Source of the DNA: Dipteris shenzhenensis
Taxonomy: Eukaryota
Strand: one strand, 5' to 3'
NCBI GenBank assembly: GCA_047967505.1
Contig: CM106538.1
DNA: 64,000 nucleotides
Below, piece after piece: positions 1-11,730 of the stretch. The notes below the pieces were generated by a model, which worked only from the letters and a program-made list of their open reading frames with translations, had not been told where the DNA came from and searched no databases. Within the stretch, counting starts at the first letter, position 1; each line of letters starts with the position of its first letter. A program made the translations under genes and the position numbers.

Positions 1-227
1 ATGTTTAACATAGGCGACTTGGTGATGATCCACTATCCAATTTGGAAGAAGGGATTGGTCGAGAAATTCTTGGCAAATTGGGTGGGTCCTTATCAAATAT
101 TGAAGCTAGTCGGACGGACCGCTTATGCAATAGAACGTTGTTCTACTCAGACCAGAACCACTTCCCAAAACTCGTGCATAAAATATTTTCATGTACGAAC
201 AGTTGAATCAGTTGAGGGGGGGATAGA
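1..227 (+). mobile_element. Ty3/Gypsy integrase C-terminal remnant ending in a polypurine tract
   Basis: ORF 1..345 begins FNIGDLVMIHYPIWKKGLVEKFLANWVGPYQI (GD.V...K....W.GPY, Gypsy integrase C-terminus); purine run GAGGGGGGGATAGA at 214-227 is followed directly by TGTAACG. Confidence 0.75.
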
Positions 228-353
228 TGTAACGGTGCCAGGCCTCGTTGTAACACTTCTTAAAGATGTGAACACGCATTGGCCCAACAGCGTTTGGCTG
301 GCCGCTCTTGGATCTATGTGTCTCTCTCGTTCCTTACTCAAGTAGTCGTCACG
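228..353 (+). repeat. Putative short 3' LTR of the Gypsy remnant
   Basis: Starts TGTAACG right after the PPT; imperfect inverted end CGTCACG at ~347-353. Right boundary uncertain. Confidence 0.4.
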
Positions 354-479
354 GTATATAGCATAAAAGTTTTTATTAAAAATAATGTTTTCTTCATACA
401 TATTAAATATGTTCTTTTAATATATATTGATGAAAATTTCTCTCGTGAAATTAAAGACTGTGAGTGCAGAGTTTGAGCA

Positions 480-890
480 GTGCGGGCTGTGGCGGGTCGC
501 TTATTGCGCAAGTTCTGTTGTCGTAGCACAACAGTTGCCCATCATAGCTTGCTTTCTCTGACCCGAAGCCTACTAGTCACGGGGCAGAATCAGAATCATC
601 AGGAGCAGCAGCAGCGGCGGCGGCGGCATGGGGAGGTTTTTCTTCCGCCCCCAAACTGGTCTACGGACCAGCTTGCAGCCTGGCAAATTCTAAAGAAACT
701 AGCACAACGATTTTACCCTTCAGATCCGCCCGGGCAGCAGGATTTCCTCACTGCACAGGAATACACAGCGCCCAAACTCGTTTTCACCGGAAGAGAAAAG
801 GAAATGAGGAGGATCGAGGACGCAGCGTTGGCCTCTCTCTTCTTCTACGAGGACCATCCCTGCTTCATTGCCTTGCAAGGTGGTGTCGGC
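480..890 (+). pseudogene. N-terminal fragment of a P-loop NTPase (Crinkler/RHS-type or STAND-like), cut inside Walker A
   Basis: LVFTGREKEMRRI...PCFIALQGGVG: F.GRE motif, then a hydrophobic strand and GGVG; the expected GK[ST] is replaced by LTR-like sequence. Confidence 0.55.
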
Positions 891-1354
891 CCAAGCATGT
901 CGATTTTTGGCCGTACCATAGTCAGTGCAGACAGCAGGGGTCGGTCCCCCATGCTACCCTAGGGCTATATAAACCCCCCTCCAGTGGCTCATTCTCTCAT
1001 CATTCACAGGCAGCGCATACACACAGAGAGCAAAGAGATCTCAGTTCTGGTTTATCCCAACCCTTGCTGAATGTTAGGGCTATATAAACCCCCCTCCAGT
1101 GGCTCGTTCTCTCATCATTCACAGGCAGCGCATACACACAGAGAGCAGAGAGATCTCAGTTCTGGTTTATCCCAACCCTTGCTGGATGTTTTGTTGAGCA
1201 TATATTTTGAGTTCTCTTCTATCTCTGATGTACTCTATGTGTTGTGTATTCTATGAGAGGATAGCATCATTGTGAGACTCTATCATTGTGAGAGAGTCTG
1301 TTGGAGCTGCCGGAGATCTAGAGAATTGAGTGATTCTTTCCCCCTTTTCCAACA
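890..1354 (+). mobile_element. LTR-like fragment (partial or solo LTR)
   Basis: TATA-like CTATATAAACC, CT/GA-rich leader-like sequence, ends ...TTCCAACA at 1354. Left end not defined. Confidence 0.45.
960..1189. repeat. Tandem duplication, 2 x 115 bp, containing the TATA box
   Basis: TAGGGCTATATAAACCCCCCTCCAGTGGCTC... starts at 960 and 1075; copies differ at a few bases. Confidence 0.95.
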
Positions 1355-1740
1355 CTCGATTTTCCCCTAAAATTGGTGGTGCCCTGTTGCTTTGCTAAAT
1401 CTGACCACCCTTTTGAGTTGACAAACTAAGAAAGAGGGTGGATTTGAATGCCTGAAATTATTGCTTAATATGGTGGCAAACTCCTCCAAAGTTGTCGATC
1501 AAGATAGTGAAATTATTGTAGAACTGCCTCCTAATCAGCATGTCATGCTCCTCTCTCCCTTCCCCCTCCTAGCCATTCCTTTAGGATTCATTGTGAATGG
1601 ACAGAGGAGGGTATACTCGTGGTTCCAATTATGGCTCAAAGGAGGAAATGAAAAAGACCAAGGAAAAACTATAGTTGTTGCTGGTCAACCACGGCCCCTC
1701 ACCAATGACACAAGCATCTAGAGTCATGCAAAATACTCAC

Positions 1741-3182
1741 TCAGTTCTCTTTGGGCTCCCTTTTGTACAAGTCGATGATTGCAGCAGGGAGAAACTTCTT
1801 CAACCCCTTGCCATGTAAAAACAAAATTCTTGGAAACCTGGCTCAGAATAGTTTCATGTCTCTGTCCTTTTGCCTAATCGGCCCCAATAGCACAAACACC
1901 ATGATCCATGACCTTCGATCTTTTCTGCTGAGTTGGGTGGCCTCACAGACTGAGAGTAGACTGCCCTCCCCTTTTAAGAATGATATACCATGCTTCACAC
2001 CTTTTGTCTGAAAGAGAATGCTCACCTCCTCAGATATCTACATCCTATGATCAACTGCTTTAGTGCCAGCTTTTGCCTTGAATAGTTTTTCGGTTTTTCG
2101 CTTTACTGTTGAGTCAACTGAACCAACATTCCTATCAAAAAACTGTGTTGTGTCCCTCTCTACTCTAGGATCAAGCAGTAGAGGCACCATAATGTTCAAC
2201 ACATCGGTTGGGCCTTCAGGACGACAAAGTAGGTCACCCAATCTCAACTCTTTGAGCCCTAACTTCAAAAATACCTTCATACGCATCCAATGATCTCATC
2301 CACATAATCCTGCAAGGTAAATCCCTTTGGAACCTCTGGATACCAGCTAAGAAGCCTTTTAATCCCAAGATGAGCCCTGAACATCTAGAGTAATATAAAA
2401 GGCATTCTTAAAATGCAATGAGTTTCACTAACCATCTTTGGATATATGTATCCTTTCAAACTAGCAAAAGATGCTTGCAGTTCCTCAACTGGAATTGGTA
2501 TCTCTGTCAAACATGCAGTAACAACAAAGGACCATTCTTACCCAACACTCAGACCGTGATTACCATAGCAGATCTGGAAAAATTCCTCTAGTAAGACCCT
2601 CAACACAGTAGCCACACGTTTGTAGTCCCCTTCATCAAACGTAGTCATGGAGGTAGTTTTTACAACTAGACCTTGGTGTATATCGTGGAGGAAACTTGGC
2701 AGGTATAAGACAATATCTCAAGCATGGGCTTGGACTTCAAAAGGTCCCCATATTCTCTATCCAAACTCCGTTCCAAAAGCAGAATTGCACTTTCAGCCCC
2801 CAATCCTTACAGTAGGATAGTCAGCTTCCCCCATGTAGTAACACCAAACCCTCTGTGGTGGTGCAAGTGAGGGGTCAGTGTAACCGCACAACTGAGCAAG
2901 AGTGCACAGTTGTCATTCTTGGCATCAGAATTCTTATAGTGATAGATAGGCTGCAAACATATCCCTAACAAAGGCATCTGCATGTGCATCACCCATGGTC
3001 GGAGCCAATGCTGGAGCCACCATCTGAGACTCATCCACAAGAAGCACCAACTGCTCGTGGCTAAACCTGTGTGATGTCCTGTGGCTCCACAGAGCCATTC
3101 TAATGGCTTCTTTAAAGTTAATCTGCCGAAAATGCTGCATTTCTTCGTTGCACAACTTCATGCAAGCCTCGAGTATGATCAC
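1741..3182 (-). pseudogene. Crinkler/RHS-like protein remnant: NTPase Walker B region plus PD-(D/E)xK-like endonuclease domain
   Basis: Manual minus-strand translation across stops and frameshifts: QLVLLVDESQ (Walker B) ... LKGYIY...ILRMPFILL ... FTLQDY...MRMKVFLKLG ... KAKAGTKAVD...ILFQTK (D...QxK) ... ILFLHGKGLKKFLP; stop at 1741-1743. Confidence 0.6.
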
Positions 3183-3279
3183 CCGAGTCTTGCATGAAGT
3201 TGTGCAATGAAGAAATGCAGCATCTTCGGCAGATTAACTTTAAAGAGGCCGTTAGAATGGCTCTGTGGAGCCACAGGAC
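3076..3279. repeat. Foldback inverted repeat, ~99 bp arms, 6 bp loop
   Basis: 3076 GTCCTGTGGCTCCACAGAGCC...GCAAGCCTCGAGT / ATGATC / ACCCGAGTCTTGC...GGCTCTGTGGAGCCACAGGAC 3279. Confidence 0.95.
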
Positions 3280-3461
3280 TTGAAATTCTGAGTAATTTTT
3301 CATAACTTTTGCTTGAGGTGGTTCAAAAATGAAAAGTTCTTGAAATTCAAACTCTTTCTACTCAAGTGATAATATTTGGAAATTGGCAATTAAAAGTCTA
3401 TTTCAAGCTATACAGTTTTAGGCCCATGTATGGAAATGATGCAAGAGAATTTAAAAGACCC

Positions 3462-3498
3462 GTGTGTGTGTGTGTGTGTGTGTGCGCACATGTGCACA

Positions 3499-3540
<42 letters not shown>
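3462..3540. repeat. (GT)n and (CT)n microsatellites
   Basis: Direct reading. Confidence 0.95.
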
Positions 3541-3543
<3 letters not shown>

Positions 3544-3799
3544 CGCATCTCCCTTCCCACCATCCTCTACACTTCGACGGTTGGAAAAAACTTGACACAT
3601 GGAGCAACACTTGCCACATGGCATTTTATCGATTGAAATGCCACATGGAAATCATTTTGAATAGTATAAAGTAACTTTATGTGGGTGTGTTTTTTTTTGG
3701 GTTGTGTATATGTGTTTGGTGTAATTTTTAAGAAGGCAAACTTAGATTGCTTTCAACAACTAGTAAGCTCAAATGTATAGTCATGCCTACTGGCAGCCT

Positions 3800-4599
3800 C
3801 CATGGCTGCCATGTATCCCAAGGACACCGATGAGTGTCGGAGGTCCCAATCCCTTCCCCCTAGACATGCATACCCATCTCTCTCTCCAAAGGGTCCCAGG
3901 AGGGATAAGGAAGAGAGTGGAAATCAAGGCAATATATCCAAGGCCACTAGGGCCACATTATTTCTTATGGGTTTAAATCCCACCAATGCCACATGTACTA
4001 TAGTCTGACACCCACCAATAAACTATGCTCCCCTTACCTCAATTGAGGGGTGAAGGCCACCACCTCCAACACCACCTTGTGGACAAACCCTGGTGCAAAC
4101 AAATGTGACCAATTGGTTAAAGCAAACCACATAAGGTCGGGCCAATCAAACGCAAGCCACCACCAAACGCTATATGGGTAGAACGTTTGCCAATGACCAC
4201 AGGAGGGACAGACATGAGTCATAAAGAGATGTCGTCGTTGCCATAAAGAGTCATAAAGAGATGTCATAAAGAGTCATAAACGGATCAGGACAGTTTGTTG
4301 CCATAGTCCTGTAATTGCAATGGCCACCTAAAAATCCACCACAGACCTTCAGGGAACACCTACCATGTGTATGCATGGCTACCACGTGTCCTAAGGACAA
4401 CTCCGAGTGTAGGAGGGTGCCAATCCCTCGTCTCCTAGCCACACATACCTCTGTCTCCCAAATCAAGCCAATATATCCAAGGCCTTTGTGGCCTTATGGA
4501 TTTAAATCCCACCAATGCCACATGTTTGTAGCATGATGCCTGCTAATAAAACATGGTCTCCTTATCTCAATTGAGGGGTGAAGGACACCATCTCCAACA
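3800..4599. repeat. Two diverged direct copies (~3800-4069, ~4374-4599) of an LTR-end-like sequence
   Basis: Shared blocks AATATATCCAAGGCC, TTTAAATCCCACCAATGCCACATGT and TCAATTGAGGGGTGAAGG; both end CTCCAACA. Confidence 0.7.
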
Positions 4600-4778
4600 A
4601 TGCCTATTGGCATAATTGATCATCATCCTACTTATAAACCATTTCTATCACTTAAGCAAAATGGTCATGTTTCTCCATATGCTTATTTTAGCGTTTAATA
4701 TATGTCCTTAGTTAGACCTTGACCTACGTCACAAGAAAAATATTCAAGAGATTTCTTGCACCCTTCTCTTGCAATTAT

Positions 4779-4783
<5 letters not shown>

Positions 4784-4818
<35 letters not shown>

Positions 4819-5060
4819 TTGAGAAGAGAAGAAGAAAGAGTACATGTGAGATGAGAGCAAGGGAGTTGAGAAGAAGAGAGAGTACATGTTAGATGAGAGT
4901 GAGGGAAATAGACATGCAAAGAGAGAAGAGAGAGAGGTGTGTGGAGGGAAAGAGTCATGGAGGGAGGGAGGGAGAGAGAGAGAGAGAGGGGGGGGGGGGG
5001 AGGAGCAAGGGAGGTGAGGAGAGAGGGACTGAGAGAGAGGGAAGGAGGGAGAGAAAGATG

Positions 5061-5092
<32 letters not shown>

Positions 5093-5145
5093 ATGAGTGC
5101 GCGATTAGAGAGAGGGAAACATGCATTCAAAGAGAGAAGAGAGAG
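4784..5145. repeat. (GA)n / purine-rich low-complexity tract
   Basis: Direct reading. Confidence 0.9.
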
Positions 5146-5849
5146 AGTGCACTCGCCATTTTTGGGCATGCTCTCGCTAAAAGATGCTCGCTAAAAATCA
5201 TCCCTTGGGCATTTCTCTCTTGAGATGGAGGCTCTATTTGTCTCTTGTATGACACCACTCTTGCCAAAATAGCCACGTCCCCAATTTTATTTAATGGTCC
5301 AACAACCACACACACACACACACACCTCTTTCACCACTTTTCTCTCTTCTCTTTCACTCATCTACCTAGATACCAATCCTAGGGAGGGTCAAAAGGAAAC
5401 AACATGACAAGATAGAAGGTGAAAGAGAAGTGATACCATTCCATTAGAGGGTGCTTCCTTAAATAGGCAAGTACAAGATCAAAATCATCTTTGCTAGTAC
5501 ACATATCATCCCTCCATTGATGCAATCTACTCTACCAATCACATAACTTTTCTCCATACCACTCTTCTCACATCACTCATACTGTATGGCACCACATTTC
5601 TCAACACCCCCCCTTTTTATCAAGCTAATTTACACTTACATCACACTTACTCTATGGAACCACATTTTTCAACACCCCCCCTTTTTATCAAGCTACTTTT
5701 TTTTTCCAAGAAAGAGACTTCTATTAAGTAAGAGAAAAAACCCGCGAGAGCAAGCTCAAAGTGGAATACATCATGAAATCATGAGGATAAATAAACCCCC
5801 TCAAAGTGAGGTGGAAACAACCAAGGCTGAGGGTGAAAGTGCCACCTCA

Positions 5850-7884
5850 ACCCTGTAGGAGTCTTAGAGAAGAAAGGAGAATCCTTCCATTCCCTGAAGA
5901 AAGAAGCCCTCCTAGCCGAGGCTGCACGGGAGTCTCCATGCATACTCATCCATACGGCCATCAAGGTATGTATGGTGTCTGCCCAGATACTAGCCAATGT
6001 GTGCAAGGGATGAACCTGAGTTCCCTCCAATGCCTCTGTGCATCTAGCTCTCCAAATATGCTAGGCTTCTATGCTTGCTAGAATCTCCCAAGAGGTATCC
6101 ATAGAGGCATGTGTAGCTGCAAAAGGAAGGTGTGGTATCACATCCAAAGAACAGGACTCAACTTGATGATGTCAAATCGAAATGGCCCGAGAGGAGTCAA
6201 GTCTCTCATAGAATACTTGAGGTCCTGTAAGAGAAAGCCAAGCCACTGAGCCCCATGTCATAAAGAATGGGGAGTGGGCAAAGTGACTGAAAATCCTAGC
6301 TACCCCCATCCAAATCATCCTCGCCTGTCTACAATCCCATAAGCAATGCTGAATAGTCTCCAAGGTAGAGAGGCAACGAGGGCAAGTAGGGTCGGCTCCG
6401 AACCTAGATCTCCAAAGGTTCACTGCAATCCCACCATGGATAGATAGCCAAAAGAAGAGAGTGATCTTTCTATTCATGTGGGATTTCTAGAGTCACTTCT
6501 AGAAGCACCTCTGCAAATCCACAGTGATATCAAATGTCTCCCAATGAGGAACTCTTGAAGGTCTCCAACCTCTACTACTGAGCTAGAATCTTCTGGCATT
6601 ACTAACCATGTAACGAAAGAAGGGGATGTTGTTCTCTTGGTGCCTTGAATCAATCCAGTCCCACTCTCCAGGGTCCCACTGCAAATACCTAATGGGAACT
6701 CCCCCGTAGAGCCAAAGCCTCCAAGATCCAGTGGAGAGTAGCTGGGGGTCTCGGTCGAGGAACCACTCTGAATCTGATCCCTGCACCAAAAGACCTACCA
6801 CCCTGATAGGCTGAAAAGTAGACTCAAGCAAGATGTCCTCTGTGGACCTGAGCAATCTGCCACCATCATGCACACTAAAAACCAAAGCATCCTCATGTGC
6901 ATCTCAAAAGGCCAAAACCTGAAGAGGAACACCGCCTCTCGTAAAAGTACCTGCCCAAGTGGAGCAAGTGAGTGGCATATCATCTGTGTCTACCCAATCC
7001 GCTGGAAGGGCTGCCTCAATCTGTAAGACCCTCCCTGCACTCCCTTTGAGATGTCCAGTCAATTGAGATTTGGTCTCCTCTGGAAGCCTGCGGAAAGCTT
7101 TCCATGACCCCAATGATGATGTGGGTCCCCTCTCCCACCTGGACCACTGCATGTAGAGTGAGGCACTAAGTGGTCTACCATGATCATCCAATATACTGTC
7201 ATTCCACATGACCGGTTGCCTATCAATCTCTTCACAAGAGGAAGGAGGAATCCTCCGAAGAGTGCTCTTGAAATTGGCCCATGCTTTCAGTATGGCAACC
7301 ATGAAAGGGGACGAAGGTGATCTAAGGTGTGTTGTGGTAAAAATCCACCTAATACTACTCATCTAGTCTCCTCCTGAAAAAGGTGTGCACATCTGTATGT
7401 TGCTAGTAAGAAATTCCTTTCACGGCTCTCGCCCTAGCATAAGTCCGTGCACCACCATCTTGCAGAGTAAAGCTTTGCACTGTAAATCTGGATCAATAAT
7501 ATTGAGACTTCCTTCCTATGTAGGGAGGATGAGGGTCTCCCAAGCCACCCTGGCTAATGCATCTGCTGTGCCATCAAGCCCACTCCAAAGAAAAATCCTG
7601 ATCATCGGTCTCCTAAGCTGAGTGATGTAGTCCCTAGAACGGCACCAGCATGAACAAACAATCTAGGCTGTGGCCAAGAGGACCTGGTTGACCATCACAA
7701 CTCTAGAGGCAAGATCCAACTTGGCTGAGCTCCAAAAAAGGAGCTTCCTTTTGATGCTCTCCAACACGGGAGCAAACTGTTGTGTGGAAGAAGTATCCAA
7801 GATGACTTGGCAGCCCAAATACCTGATTGGCACACCCCTCTGAACCCAAGTGAATCCTAAGTCAAGCTTATAATGGAATTCCAA
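5850..7884 (-). mobile_element. L1-type LINE ORF2 3' part (RT thumb to zf-RVT), decayed
   Basis: PIRYLGCQV...LDLASRVVMVNQVLLA (7663-7884); LFFWLSIHGG...CPRC...ETIQHCLWDC (6172-6477). Confidence 0.85.
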
Positions 7885-7975
7885 AAGGTAGGGCCTTAGT
7901 GGGCCACCTTGTTCTAGTTGCCTCTTTTTCTCTAATCCTAGAGTAGGCCCCTATGACCTTTTATGGTCCTTGCTT

Positions 7976-8280
7976 CTCTATGGGAGGCAAACTAAATCAG
8001 CCCATAAAAGAAGGGGAAAGAAAGAGCTTAACAATCTTGATTTGGTGCATTCAAACGTATGTGGTCCCATGCGTACATAGTCATTAGGTGGGGTTGAGTA
8101 CTTTGTGACATTCATTGATGATGCATCTAGGAAAGTGTGGGCTTATGCTATGGCTTAGAAGAGCGATGTCTTCCACATGTTTCAAAAATGGCTGGCTTTG
8201 GTTGAAAATCAGTTAGGTAGAATGCTTAAATGCCTACAAACTAACAATGGTGGAGAATATCTTTCTCATAACTTTAAGCA
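7976..8280 (+). mobile_element. Ty1/Copia integrase core fragment
   Basis: LYGRQ...LDLVHSNVCGP...FVTFIDDASRKVW...LKCLQTNNGGEY. Confidence 0.9.
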
Positions 8281-8841
8281 TGATATATTTATGATCAAGA
8301 GATTTTTGTCATGTATTTATGGGAGAGCATCCAATCTAGAAAGTTCTGAGGAAGATGAGCATGCTCATGCTTACATCTTGCTCCATTTGGATGATAGACT
8401 TGTCTATCAATTTGATGAGATCTCATTAATAAAGAAAATATGGGATAACAGGGATGTACTAAATCGATGCATGCAATGTACTTTAACACCCAAGATATTC
8501 ACTTTAAGGTATGCAGTACTGCTCTCCCAAAATAATCACCACATAAAATACCACGTCGAATGTAGAGAGAACCAAAAAATAGTCAATAATGTGAACATGA
8601 AACTATCTTGTATTATCTCAACTACCAATTAAGGAAACATGCATGATAGCCTCACCATTATTTTGTATGTTGGCATATAAATGACTTAGAAGACTTTACT
8701 ACATGTAGCTAGAGACTTGCAAGAGCGTTGGCACTTTTGTTATCGACGTAGAGGATCATGGGTTCAGTACGTGAACATTGACCATGAGAGGATTCAAAAG
8801 GTATTTAATTCGTGCCTTCCTAGGATTCACTTTCTTAGGGA

Positions 8842-11730
8842 TTCAAAGTATAAAAAACTCAAATGTAGTACATAACCCAAATGACATAAGAGTTTCATTC
8901 CATTTTGGCTGATATGGCCCAACTGGCAATGCCACAAAGAAGTACTTGGATGCTCACTTATTGCAACAACATGATCAAACATCCCTGATACATGTAAGGG
9001 ATATAGAGTCCCACACTTGGCACCCCTAGCCAAAAGTATAGAGACCTTTTGAAGTTTCCAACTTCCAAAACCAAAGATGGTCTTAAAACCTGCATCATCT
9101 AGCTGACCTGCTAAAATTAGAATCTTGGTCAGCTTAGGCACATGTCTCACATTTTTTAAAACAAATGTAAATCCATTTGCAATTGAAGCCTTTACATCAC
9201 TTGCTTCCATTATGTCACTTGCATAGTTATTTCCAAGATGCACACAACCTATCTTTCCACTGTCATAAGTGGAGAACCATTCCCTATGGGGAGTAACATG
9301 GAATGAAGCACCAAAATCGAAAATCCAATCCTAGGAATATGCATCATCTCAAGTGGTAAGCAACTATGCAAGTAGACTAGACATGAAGAGAATATCATTA
9401 TCACTATCATCAGCAGCAGTGAGGACTACATTGACGTCCTCGATCTTCACTTTTCCTTTGTCCTCCCTTGGACCCTCTTCCATATTATTTGCACCCCAAT
9501 TTGCATTCTTTTTATTATCATTTTTCTCTATTTTCAGCTTGTAGCAATCCTTTTTCATGTGGCTGCTCTTGCCACAATGATAATACTCAATGTTTTGTGC
9601 CCTAGAGTTACTATGAGACTTTCCTCTTTCTTGGAACTTTCTTGTGGATTGTGATCCACCCCTTTGCACATTTAAGGCTCCATCTTGCTTGTTGCATTCC
9701 ATAGACTTTCTAATCTCCTCGGCCAACAAGCTACCCACAACATCATCAAACTTCAATATTTCAACACGTGCATATTTACTGATAACTATATAGAAGGTGT
9801 CCCATGAGGATGGCAATGAACATAAGAGGAATATTGCCTTTGTCTCAGTCTTAAAATTTAGCTTCTGAGCTTGAAACTGGCTGAAAATAACATTGAGTTC
9901 ATTCAAGTGAGAAGCAATGGAGACCCCTTCCTTCATCTGTAGCTCAAACAACCTCTTCATGAGGTAAACTTTATTAGAGACATTTTCCTTCTCATAAGTG
10001 GCACGTAATTTCTTCCACAAATCTTCTGTAGTCTTCTCATTTACTATTGTGAAATAAAATGACTCTACAAGATGAAGTCTAACGGTAGACTTTGCTAATG
10101 CATCCAACTCATCCCAATCATCTGCAAACATAGTTGCAGACTTAGCTGCAATCCCTTCCCAAGGGTTTAATTTGCTTCTTTTGAATAAGCACATCCCTTA
10201 TTTGTTCTTTCCACAAAAAAAAGTTTGTCCCATCAAACTTTTTAATGCTAAAAAACTCCTTTTAAGACATGGAAGAGGATGCCGTGATGCAAATAAAGCA
10301 AAATCCCAAATGTTAGTGCTACCTGCAAGAAAGAATTACACCAAATACTAGGTGTACCCAAATGTGAATGCCACAATAGAGTGCAATATCACGAAAACTC
10401 AAAGGTCAAAGCATCAAAATGCAACAGACTCATATGCATATACTCTGCATCCATATGAGAAAATCTGGCTCAAAAGAAAATGGCAACTACAATGGTAATC
10501 CAAATGCTAAAATGTGCCAAATGCCTCAAGCATAAACACCATCAATGGGCATATGCATCAACAATATCTCATCTAAGAGAGCATAGCACTATTAGTGCAT
10601 CAACTGCAATGTGTCAAAGTTGTCCCTCATCATAAAATAGCATCCATATGCTAAGTGTCCATCAAAATAGTATCCCATAAGGCAATCTAGGCCTATCAGC
10701 GCATCCCACAAGGACCACAATGCATCCAAATGGAGTATAAAGCATCCACTGTGACCCAATGCAAACCATGAGTGAGCGCACATGGCTCAAACTTCAACCA
10801 GAGTGATTTTCATACTTAAGGTATGCCCAAAATCATGATCTCATAGCAATGACTGATGCTATAAAATAAATCATGAGATGCCTCAAAACATGAACGTTAC
10901 TGCATATTCGGAGTTAGTGATGCAATTTGCACATTTCTCCTTTCTGCCACAACTCCATGATCTTATCCGGTGAGGGGGTAAAAGCCAATCGACCCTTGCA
11001 ATTGACTTGAAATTGAAACTTAGGCAAATTAAACATAAGGGGTGACCCTTATCTACCACATGGCATTCATAGAGAAGGTCTTGGAACTTTGGAGAAACCT
11101 GCACAAAAAAGGAGACGATGGAAACAATAGAGATTCACAAATGGAATAAGATTTAGTGACCTGTGGAGTTGGATCCAACACATGGATAAAACGAGACAAT
11201 TGCTACTACACAGAGAGATAGAGCTCTCTCAATCCTCCTCTGAATCTCGCAAAAGCTTACAAAAAGGGGTTTTGAGCTGTCCTGAATGTGATGGAACATA
11301 CAAATTGAAAAATAGTGACGCAAAAGTGCGGATCGAACATGCACAACAAAAGGCATCATTTCTCCTCTCTAATGCTTGTTTTTGTAGAAGCTAAAGACAT
11401 GAGGTTGAAATTCCATCTCAAACTTTGGATATCATTGTTGCTTCCTGGCTTGCTACCTCAAGAGTGCATGACTAGAAAGCTCATGCGATCTCTTCATTAC
11501 GTCGAAGGAGACTGAGAACCCCAAAGGTCTGATACTAGTTGTGAGTTCACAACAGTTGCAAAAAATAAGAGAGAGTGAGAGCCAAGTAGGAACACACAGA
11601 TTGGTGGGTGTTGAACCACCCTTGTCTTCTATGCCATTCCTATATATATATATATATATATATTGAGTATTGTGTACATAACTGGGGTTCAGGCACAGTG
11701 GCCTTTAGTCCCCACATAGCCGCATGTCAA
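8842..11730 (-). mobile_element. Ty1/Copia 5' half (probable LTR, PBS remnant, gag, protease, GAG-pre-integrase)
   Basis: gag ORF 9364-10194 with knuckle remnant HCGKSSHMKKDC; protease WIFDFGASFH; LWHCQLGHIS; GGTCTGATACTA at ~11526-11537 resembles the reverse complement of a tRNA-iMet PBS, with TG... starting at 11540. LTR far end approximate. Confidence 0.8.

Noticed and set aside
4695-5223. ORFs rich in LSLSLS or ERERER
   Set aside because: Translations of (GA)n/(CT)n microsatellites; same for ORFs near 3400-3670, 15264-15540 and the end of 21897-22475.
5591-5695. Short duplication containing CAACACCCCCCCT
   Set aside because: Looks like a duplicated PPT-LTR junction of a lost minus-strand LTR element; too little context to define.
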